From positions 146,754,001 to 146,818,000 of the forward strand of contig NC_091984.1 in the NCBI RefSeq assembly GCF_044704955.1: a stretch of DNA of 64,000 nt. The letters are read 5' to 3'. Made by a program: the position numbers and the translations under genes. This document shows, one piece after another, positions 1-9,546 of this stretch (positions are counted from its first letter, which is position 1; each line of letters opens with the position of its first letter). The notes under the pieces were generated by a model, which made no database searches, was not told the DNA's origin, and saw nothing but the letters and a program-made list of their open reading frames with translations. This stretch comes from Pristiophorus japonicus. Lineage: Eukaryota.

Positions 1-356
1 CTTCCTCAGCCTCAATCTGTATTACAAATTCAACCATACTGTGATCACTCATTCCGAGAGGATCTTTTACTCGGAGATCGTTTATTATTCCTGTCTCATT
101 ACACAGGACCAGGTCTAAGATCGCTTGCTCACTTGTAGGTTCTGTAACATACTGTTCTAAGAAACAATCCCGTATGCATTCTATGAATTCCTCCTCAAGG
201 CTACCCCGTGCGATTTGATTTGACCAATCAATATGTAGATTAAAATCCCCCATGATTACTGCCGTTTCTTTTTCACATGCCTCCATTATTCCCTTGATTA
301 TTGCCTGCCCCACCGTGAAGTTATTATTTGGGGGCCTATAAACTACGCCCACCAGT
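1..356 (-). mobile_element. CR1 LINE fragment (endonuclease region)
   Basis: The minus strand encodes YRPP..GDFN..EEFIECIRDCFLEQYV. Near-identical sequence recurs at about 7752-7960. Confidence 0.8.
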
Positions 357-473
357 CGAGTCCAGGGCCCGTTCATAGAAACATAGAAACATAAAAAATA
401 GGTGCAGGAGTAGGCCATTCGGCCCTTCTAGCCTGCACAGCCATTCAATGAGTTCATGGCTGAACATGCAACT

Positions 474-3379
474 TCAGTACCCCATTCCTGCTTTCTTACC
501 ATACCCCTTGATTCCCCTCGTAGTAAGGACTTCATCTAACTCCTTTTTGAATATATTTAGTGAATTGGCCTCAACAACTTTCTGTGGTAGAGAATTCCAC
601 AGGTTCACCACTCTCTGGGTGAAGAAATTCCTCCTCATCTCGGTCCTAAATGGCTTACCCCTTATCCTTAGACTGTGACCCTGGTTCTGGACTTCCCCAA
701 CATTGGGAACATTCTTCCTGCATCTAACCTGTCTAACCCCGTCAGAATTTTAAATGTTTCTATGAGGTCCTCTCTCATTCTTCTGAACTCCAGTGAATAC
801 AAGCCCAGTTGATCCAATCTTTCTTGATAGGTCAGTCCCGCCATCCCGGGAATCAGTCTGGTGAACCTTCGCTGCACTCCCTCAATAGCAAGAATGTCCT
901 TCCTCAGGTTAGGTGACCAAAACTGTACACAATACTCCAGGTGTGGCCTCACCAAGGCCCTGTACAACTGTAGCAACACCTCCCTGCCCCTGTACTCAAA
1001 TCCCCTTGCTATGAAGGCCAACATGCCATTTGCTTTCTTAACCGCCTGCTGTACCTGCATGCCAACCTTCAATGACTGATGTACCATGACACCCAGGTCT
1101 CGTTGCACCTCCCCTTTTCCTAATCTGGCACCATTCAGATAATAGTCTGTCTCTCTGTTTTTACCACCAAAGTGGATAACCTTACATTTAACCACATTAT
1201 ACTTCATCTGCCATGCATTTGCCCACTCACCTAACCTATCCAAGTCACTCTGCAGCCTCATAGCATCCTCCTCGCAGCTCACACTGCCACCCAACTTAGT
1301 GTCATCCGCAAATTTGGAGATACTACATTTAATCCCCTCGTCTAAATCATTAATATACAGTGTAAACAGCTGGGGCCCCAGCACAGAACCTTGCGGTACC
1401 CCACTAGTCACTGCCTGCCATTCTGAAAAGTCCCCATTTACTCCTACTCTTTGCTTCCTGTCTGACAACCAGTTCTCAATCCATGTCAGCACAATACCCC
1501 CAATCCCATGTGCTTTAACTTTGCACATTAATCTCTTGTGTGGGACCTTGTCGAAAGCCTTCTGAAAGTCCAAATATACCACATCAACTGGTTCTCCCTT
1601 GTCCACTCTACTGGAAACATCCTCAAAAAATTCCAGAAGATTTGTCAAGCATGATTTCCCTTTCACAAATCCATGCTGACTTGGACCTATCATATCACCT
1701 CTTTCCAAATGCACTGCTATGACATCCTTAATAATTGATTCCTTCATTTTACCCACTACCGATGTCAGGCTGACCGGTCTATAATTCCCTGTTATCTCTC
1801 TCCCTCCTTTTTTAAAAAGTGGGGTTACATTGGCAACCCTCCACTCCATAGGAACTGATCCAGAGTCAATGGAATGTTGGAAAATGACTGTCAATGCATC
1901 CACTATTTCCAAGGCCACCTCCTTAAGTACTCTGGGATGCAGTCCATCAGGCCCTGGGGATTTATCGGCCTTCAATCCCATCAATTTCCCCAACACAATT
2001 TCCCGCCTAATAAGGATTTCCCTCAGTTCCTCCTCCTTACTAGACCCTCCGACCCCTTTTATATCCGGAAGGTTGTTTGTGTCCTCCTCAGTGACTACCG
2101 AACCAAAGTACTTGTTCAATTGGTCCGCCATTTCTTTGTTCCCCGTTATGACTTCCCTTGATTCTGACTGCAGGGGACCTACGTTTGTCTTTACTAACCT
2201 TTTTCTCTTTACACATCTATAGAAACTTTTGCAATCCGTCTTAATGTTCCCTGCAAGCTTCTTCTCGTACTCCATTTTCCCTGCCCTAATCAAACCCTTT
2301 GTCCTCCTCTGCTGAGTTCTAAATTTCTCCCAGTCCCCGGGTTCACTGCTATTTCTGGCCAATTTGTATGCCACTTCCTTGGCTTTAATACTATCCCTGA
2401 TTTCCCTTGATAGCCACGGTTGAGCCACCTTCCCTTTTTTATTTTTACGCCAGACAGGAATGTACATTTGTTGTAGTTCATCCATGTGGTCTCTAAATGT
2501 CTGCCATTGCCCACCCACAGTCAACCCCTTCAGTATCATTCGCCAATCTATCCTAGCCAATTCACGCCTCATACCTTCAAAGTTACCCTTCTTTAAGTTC
2601 TGGACCATGGTCTCTGAATTAACTGTTTCATTCTCCATCCTAATGCAGAATTCCACCATATTATGGTCACTCTTCCCCAAGGGGTCTCGCACAACAAGAT
2701 TGCTAATTAATCCTCTCTCATTACACAACACCCAGTCTAAGATGGCCTCCCCCCTCGTTGGTTCCTCGACATATTGGTCTAAAAAACCATCCCTTATGCA
2801 CTCCAGGAAATCCTCCTCCACCTTCTTGCTTCCAGTTTGGTTAACCCAATCTATGTGCATATTAAAGTCACCCATTATAACTGCTGCACCTTTGTTGCAA
2901 GCACCCATAATTTCATGTTTGATGCCCTCCCCAACATCACTACTACTGTTTGGAGGTCTGTACACAACTCCCACTAACGTTTTTTGCCCTTTGGTATTCT
3001 GCAGCTCTACCCATATAGATTCCACATCATCCAAGCTAATGTCCTTCCGAACTATTGCATTAATTTCCTCCTTAACCAGCAATGCTACTCCACCTCCTTT
3101 TCCTTTTATTCTATCGTTCCTGAATGTTGAATACCCCTGGATGTTGAGTTCCCAGCCCTGATCATCCTGGAGTCACGTCTCTGTAATCCCAATCACATCA
3201 TATTTGTTAACATCTATTTGCACAGTTAATTCATCCCCCTTATTGCGGATACTCCTTGCATTAAGACACAAAGCCTTCAGGCTTGTTTTTTTAACACCCT
3301 TTGTCCTTTTAGAATTTTGCGGTACAGTGGCCCTTTTTGTTCTTTGCCTTGGGTTTCTCTGCCCTCCACTTTTCCTCAT
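474..3379 (-). pseudogene. CR1 ORF2 (APE endonuclease plus reverse transcriptase), disabled
   Basis: Motifs LNARS, ITET, GDFN, SDH, PQGSVLGP and FADD. In-frame TGA at 3173-3175 (W in sister copies). A 1-nt frameshift near 680 gives RTRVTV* instead of RTRGHSLRIRG. Confidence 0.92.
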
Positions 3380-3456
3380 CTCCTTTCTGTCTTTTGCTTT
3401 TGACCCCTTTTTGTTTCCCTCTGTCTCCCTGCATTGGTTCCCATCCCCCTGCCATA

Positions 3457-4404
3457 TTAGTTTAAATCCTCCCCAACAGCACTAGTAAACACTCTCCCTT
3501 GGACATTGGTTCTGGTCCTGCCCAGGTGCAGACCGTCCAGTTTGTACTGGTCCCACCTCCCCCAGAACCGGTTCCAATGCCCCAGGAATTTGAATCCCTC
3601 CCTGCTGCACCACTGCTCAAGCCACATATTCATCTGCGCTATCCTGTGATTCCTACTCTGACTATCACGTGGCACTGGTAGCAATCCCGAGATTACTACT
3701 TTTGAGGTCCTACTTTTTAATTTCGCTCCTAGCTCCTTAAATTCGTTTCGTAGCACCTCATCCCTTTTTTTACCTATGTCGTTGGTACCAATGTGCACCA
3801 CGACAACTGGCTGATCGCCCTCCCTTTTTAGAATGTCCTGCACCCGCTCCGAGACATCCTTGACCCTTGCACCAGGGAGGCAACATACCATCCTGGAGTC
3901 TCGGTTGCGGCCGCAGAAATGCCTATCTATTCCCTTTACAATTGAATCCCCTATCACTATAGCTCTCCCACTCTTTTTCCTGCCCTCCTGTGCAACAGAG
4001 CCAGCCACGGTGCCATGAACTTGGCTGCTGCTGCCCTCCCCTGATGAGTCATCCCCCTCAACAGTACCCAAAGCAGTGTATCTGTTTTGCAGGGGGATGA
4101 CCACAGGGGACTCCTGCACTACCTTCCTTGCACTACTCTTCCTGCTGGTCTTCCATTCCCTAGCTGGCTGTGGCCCCTTCTCCTGCGGTAAGACCAACTC
4201 GCTACACGTGGTACTCACATCATTCTCAGCATCGTGGATGCTCCAGAGTGAATCCACCCTCAGCTCCAACTCCGCAACGCGGACCGTCAGGAGCTTGAGG
4301 TGGATACACTTCCTGCACATATAGTCGTCAGGGACACTGGTGTCGTCCCTGAGTTCCCACATGGTACAGGAGGAGCATAACACCCGACCGAGCTCTCCTG
4401 CCAT
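3457..4404 (-). CDS. CR1 ORF1 protein (N-terminal Cys finger, coiled coil, SGNH/GDSL esterase domain), 315 aa, open
   Basis: CSSC..CRKC finger, heptad stretch LELRVDSL, and esterase blocks IVIGDSIV, VHIGTNDI, DGLH. Confidence 0.88.
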   Translation of the reverse strand: MAGELGRVLCSSCTMWELRDDTSVPDDYMCRKCIHLKLLTVRVAELELRVDSLWSIHDAENDVSTTCSELVLPQEKGPQPAREWKTSRKSSARKVVQESPVVIPLQNRYTALGTVEGDDSSGEGSSSQVHGTVAGSVAQEGRKKSGRAIVIGDSIVKGIDRHFCGRNRDSRMVCCLPGARVKDVSERVQDILKREGDQPVVVVHIGTNDIGKKRDEVLRNEFKELGAKLKSRTSKVVISGLLPVPRDSQSRNHRIAQMNMWLEQWCSREGFKFLGHWNRFWGRWDQYKLDGLHLGRTRTNVQGRVFTSAVGEDLN

Positions 4405-4604
4405 GACTTAACCCTTAGATACACTTAAATTGGCAACAACAATGTTAAAAGTTACTCACTGTTATAGAAGAGAAAAAGAAGAGAAAAAGAGAAAAACTAC
4501 TCACCAATCACCAGCCAATCACTTACCCTCTTGGCTGTGACGTCACCTTTTGATTTCTTTCTCCTTCTTTTTTGCCTTCTCTCCCCGCTGTAGCTGCACA
4601 GGTA

Positions 4605-4864
4605 CGCCTCTCGCTGCCGCTGGGCCTTTATAGGCCTCACCAACCACGCACTCCCGCCTCTCGGACTGCCGCCGCCTCTCGCTGCCGCTGGGCCTTTATA
4701 GGCCTCACCAACCACGCACTCCCGCCTCTCGGACTGCCGCCGCCTCTCGCTGCCGCTGGGCCTTTATAGGCCTCACCAACCACGCACTCCCGCCTCTCGG
4801 ACTGCCGCCGCCTCTCGCTGCCGCTGAGCCTTTATAGGCCTCACCAACCACGCACTCCCGCCTC
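4605..4864. repeat. 68-bp GC-rich tandem monomer, about 3.8 copies, at the CR1 5' end
   Basis: tg(g/a)gcctttatagg recurs at 4621, 4689, 4757 and 4825. Confidence 0.95.
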
Positions 4865-5627
4865 GATGGTAGGTTTCCCAGCCGGTAACAATCCGTCTCC
4901 GTTCTCGCTCGGTTTCTGTCTGTCTGTGTCTGCAACTGCTCCTCGACTCTTTCTCCTACGGCTTCAGCTGCTTCTCTCCTCCTGGTGCTTCCGTAGGTCC
5001 TATATTTGTATCCAATTTAGATCTTGCCTTTTCACGCCCAAACTCAGTTGGTAGTCCATTGTGTAAGTTTGGGCGGGAAGATAGCTTTGAATATTTAATC
5101 AGAAGATATCACAGGTACAGGTCAATGTGAGGACAGGGATATTGTTTCAGTGCATATTGGTGCCTCAAAGTCTACTGGTCCATTGTAACAGTCCTGGGAA
5201 TCAATCGGTTTGGGCCTCCCCTTTGATGGGCCTTCACCGCAGTGATCTCAGGACTATAGTCCACTGCCCATATTAATTCGGTAGATGATGGTCCACATTC
5301 ATAAATTTGATTAGGAGTGAGTCATATTTTCGAACTGGGCCGGGTAGTCCCCATTGGTAAAGGATTTCCCCGCTTCAGGTCTGACTCGACCCCTGATTGG
5401 CCTGCCAGAATGCACTTTTCCCCCATTGGCCAGTGCCTCTGTCTCGCTTGTGAGCCAGACTCCACAATGTCTGTATCCTCCCACATGTTTCCCAGCCTGC
5501 CTGGTCTGAGGGTTTGACTTGGCCAAAAATGTTCATTTAAAATGTATAGGATGATCCCTTTCTTAGTTTTCTTGTCCTTAGGGAGTTCCAAAAGAAAATA
5601 CGGCCGTGGATTTTTGAACCTTACACT

Positions 5628-6727
5628 CTCGTTTTAGTTTTCCCTATGAGTGGAAATATCCTCACTGCATCCACCTTGTCGAGCCCCCTGATTATCTTAT
5701 AATAAGATCACCTCTCATTCTTCTGAACTTCAATATGTATAGGCTCAACCTAGTCAACCTATCTTCATAAGTCAACATCCTCAGCTCCGGAATCAACCTC
5801 GTGAACCTTCTCTGAACTGCCTCCAATGCAAGTATATCTTTCCGTAAATACGGAGATCAAAACTGTATGCAGTACTCCAGGTGTGGCCTCACCAATGCCC
5901 TGTACAGATATAGCAGGACTTCTCTGCTTTTATACTCCATTCCCCTTGAAATTAAGGCCAACATTCCATTTGCCTTTGTGATTACTTGCTGTACCTGCAT
6001 ACTAACTTTTTGTGTTTCATGCACAAGGACCCCCAGGTCCCTCTGTACTTCAGCACTTTGCAATTTTTCTCCATTTAAAAATTAATTTGCTTTTCTACTC
6101 TTTCTGACAAAGTGGATAACCTCACATTTCCCGCATTTTACTCCATCTGCCAATCTTTTCCTCGCTCACTTCGTCTGTCTATATCCCTTTGCAGATTTTT
6201 TGTATCCTCCTCACAATTTGCTTTCCCATCCATCTTTGTATCATCAGCAAACTTGACTACGTTACACTCGGTCCTTTCATCTAATCATTAATGTAGATTG
6301 TAAATAATTGAGGCCCCAGCACCGATCCTGCAGCACCCCCACGAGTTACTGTTTGCCAACTGGAAAATGACCCATTGATCCCAATTCTCTGTTTTCTGTT
6401 AGTTAGCCAATCCTCTATCCATGCTAAGATATTACCCCAAACCCCATGAACTTTTATCTTGTGCCTTTTATGTAGTACCTTATTGAATGCCTTCTAGAAA
6501 TCCAAATACACCACATCCACTGGTTCCCTTTTATCCACCCTGCTCATTACATCCTCAAAGATTTCCAGCAAATTTGTCAAACATGATTTCCCTTTCATAA
6601 AACCATGCTGACTCTGCCTGATTTTTCAAATGTCCTGCTACTGCTTCCTTACTAATGGACTCCAGCATTTTCCCAACCACAGATGTTAGGCTAACTGGTC
6701 TATAGTTTGCTTTCTGCTTTCTGTCTC
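5628..6727 (-). mobile_element. Degraded CR1 LINE RT fragment
   Basis: ORF 5857-6063 has QRDLGVLVH..LVRPHLEYC; homology continues to about 6727. Confidence 0.85.
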
Positions 6728-7097
6728 CCCCTCCACCCCTCCCTTTCCCACAGCAGGCTCCCCGCCTCGAGCCAGTCGCCCCCTCTCAAAATCTCCCTCC
6801 CCCCCTCCCTGTCCCTTGCCCTCCCTCCCTCCCCCATCTCCGCCATTCCTCACTTCTCCCTTCCCTCCCATCCCTTTCCCTCCACACTCCCTCTCCCTCC
6901 CCCATCTGCCCCCATCACCCTCTCCTCCCTCTCCTCCGCCACTCCTCCCCTCCCAATCCCTCCTTCCCCCCGTCCCCGTCCCTTGCACTCCGTCCCTCCT
7001 CCCCCATCCCTCACGCCTCTTTCCCCTCCCATCCCTCTCCCACCCACCTCCCCCTCCCATCGCCACTCTCCTCCTCTCCTCCCCTCCCTCCTTCCCC
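6727..7097. repeat. C/T-rich low-complexity tract (G-rich on minus strand)
   Basis: About 370 bp of ccct/cccct runs, which produce the Pro- and Gly-rich spurious ORFs. Confidence 0.9.
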
Positions 7098-7497
7098 CTG
7101 GTTCTAGACTCCCTGCATCTGCCCTGACAAGCCCTATACGAATTTTGTATGTTTCAATGCGATCCCCTCTCATTCTTCTGAACTCGAGAGAGTATAGGCC
7201 TTGGAACTTGCTGAACCAAGGCGGGTAGATGGAGTTCAGATACAGATGTGCCATGATCTGATTGAATGGGGGAACAGGCTCGATTGGCTGAATGGCCTCC
7301 TCCTGTTCATTGTGTCCAGCAGCAGCTGTGTACCTCTCCGCAACCTCATCTTGACTTTTATCAGTCGCATCAGAGCCTTGATTCCCTCACCAGGGGGCTA
7401 GTGTTTCCAGATCAATGTCCAGCTGATCGATGCCATGAGTCAGACTCAGTGAGCACTGTCAGTGGGTGGAAAGGCTGCTCTAACTGCAGCCTTGTTC
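7096..7497 (+). repeat. Segmental duplicate of 26698-27118 (shared LINE junction plus unique sequence)
   Basis: Same sequence from ccctggttctagactccc through gctctaactgcagccttgtt in both places. ORF pairs 7201/26822 and 7266/26887 translate almost identically. Confidence 0.95.
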
Positions 7498-7645
7498 TAA
7501 AAGAAGAACGGTTTAAAGTAAACCCCAAGAAGGCACAGATCGGCCAGATGGAAGTCAAATTCCTGGGGCTGACTGTGCACGCTGGGGAAAGGGCCATAAA
7601 CAAAGCTAGAACGGAAGCAGTACAGGAGTTACCATCCCCTAACAC
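7498..7645 (+). mobile_element. Retrovirus/LTR-element RT fragment
   Basis: FKVNPKKAQIGQMEVKFLGLTV..R.I..ARTEAVQELPSP resembles the retroviral RT KKAQ..V.YLG region. Confidence 0.65.
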
Positions 7646-7659
7646 AGTATTCACTTTTA

Positions 7660-8641
7660 CTGTTTTTTTTTCCAAGGTGGATGGCCTCACATTTTCCGAC
7701 ATTGTATTCCATCTGCCAAACCTTAGCCCATTCGCTTAACCTATCTGTAATATACTGTTCTAAGAAACAATCCCGTATGCATTCTATGAATTCCTCCTCA
7801 AGGTTACCCCGTGCGATTTGATTTGACCAATCGATAAGTAGGTTAAAATCCCCCATGACTACTGCCGTTCCTTTTTCATATGCCTCCATTATTCCCTTGA
7901 TTATTGTCCGCCCCACCGTGAAGTTATTATTTGGGGGCCTATAAACTATGTCCACCAGTGACTTCATCCCCTTACTATCTCTAATCTCCACCCACAATGA
8001 TTCAACATTTTGTTCATTAGAGCAAATATCGCCTCTCATAACTGCCCTGATATCATCCTTTATTGACAGAGCTACCCCACCTCCTTTCCCTTCTTGTCTA
8101 TCTTTCAGAATTGTCAGATACCCCTGTATGTTTAATTCCCTGTCTTGGCCACCCTGCAACCACGTTTCTGTAATGGCCACCAAATCATACCCAATCATCA
8201 GCAAAGTGATGGAAAGTGTGGTCAACAGTGTTATCAAATGGCATTTACTCACCAATAACCTGCTCACAGATGCTCAGTTTGTGTTCCACCAGGACCACTC
8301 AGCTCCAGACCTCATTACAACCTTGGTCCAAACTTGGGGTGATAGAGGCAGAATTCCTCACCTTATTTAAAATGTACTTGGATGTGCACCTGAAGTTCTG
8401 TAACCTACAGGACTATGGACCTAGAACTGGAAAGTGAGATTAGGCTGGATAGCCGCTTGTTGGCCAACTCAGACACGATGGGCCGAATTGGCCTCCTCTG
8501 TGCTGTAAATATCTATGATTCTCTATGATTCTATGGACAAAAGAGCTGAATTCCAGAGGTGAGGTGAGAGTGACTGTCGTTGACATCAAGGCAGCATTTG
8601 ACCAAGTGTGGCATCAAGGGGCACGTTAAACCTGAAGTCAA
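7660..8641. mobile_element. Mosaic of LINE fragments (CR1 EN/RT deletion junction, CR1 3' end, second RT fragment)
   Basis: ORF 7629-8267 fuses EN to late RT. 8196-8335 and 8534-8641 read ISKVME..QF.F..DIKAAFDQVWH on +. Confidence 0.7.
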
Positions 8642-9546
8642 TGATGTGGGGTCTTTGTTTTCACACTCTATCTTGAATCGTCGACCTCGGGAATTATAGG
8701 GAAAAATACAATACAATGGCTGTTAGATCTCTTAATTTTCCATGAAATGCGAACTCCGGTGATATTTTAACATAATTTTATTCTGCAGCTGCAACAAGTT
8801 CTGGCCTTATGCCAGGTCCTTTGTCCTTCTGAGAACACATGGCAAAACATGGCTGTACTTATACCTGGCACAGTTTACAGAAAAGAACGCGCCTTCTTTG
8901 ACCTTATCGGCTCAATTAATATACTGTTAACCTTTAATGGCTTGCTGCCAAAGGTCCTGAAATGTCAAGATGATTGATGACTTAATGCAATGTGCTGAGT
9001 TACATGTAGAAGCTCGAACTAGGGGGTCGATGTATTCTCACAGCCTGTCTGTCTGCAGCCTGCTTGAATTCTCTATCAATCCCCCCTTTGATTCTTTCAC
9101 AAACTGAATCATAAAACATCAGGTATCACTGGTTAAACATTCCACAAAATAATTTCATACATGTTAATAGAGTTTCCTTCAAAAATTTGTTGATGTGTTT
9201 CGCCACATGTCCGGACTAATAGCTTCCACACAAATTTACTCCAACACGAATTCCATCGTGGCCACAATGAAAGTCTTGTTTTAGTAGGTTAATTAACCTT
9301 ATTCCAATTTAATCCAAATCAATATCTTAATTCAACCAGTAAACAACCTTCCCTTAAGCATAACATACCCCTGTGCCACGTACAGACGGTCTGCTGGGAC
9401 CTGCAAGGTGTCTCACCTGCGGGACAGCAGCTACTACCGCCTATTTGCAACAACATTTAATCAACATAAACAAACAATATAAAAGTAAAATAATTACAAC
9501 GTATAGAATTAAACTTTCCACCAATGAAGTTCCTATTGAACCTACT
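8642..9546 (-). mobile_element. Endogenous retrovirus remnant: env TM tail, PPT, 3' LTR (8642-9078)
   Basis: The minus strand reads GSIGTSLVESLILYVVIILLLYCLFMLIKCCCK*. Then PPT aaagggggg, a 2-nt gap (at), and an LTR TGAT...ATCA with TATA-like and AATAAA motifs. Confidence 0.75.

Larger units (their letters stand above)
374..4864 (-). mobile_element. Near full-length CR1-clade LINE (5' UTR, ORF1, ORF2, TTTCTATG-repeat tail)
   Basis: ORF1 and ORF2 in tandem; 3' tail seen on + as catagaaacatagaaac at about 374-392; GC-rich 5' UTR with tandem monomers. Confidence 0.95.

Noticed and set aside
448-3161. Recurring + strand ORFs (e.g. MATLHSIGTDPE, MSSANLEILH) repeated across the window
   Set aside because: Antisense frames of CR1 ORF2; they recur only because the LINE copies are similar.
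6686-7254. Pro-rich and Gly-rich ORFs
   Set aside because: Products of a C/T low-complexity tract.
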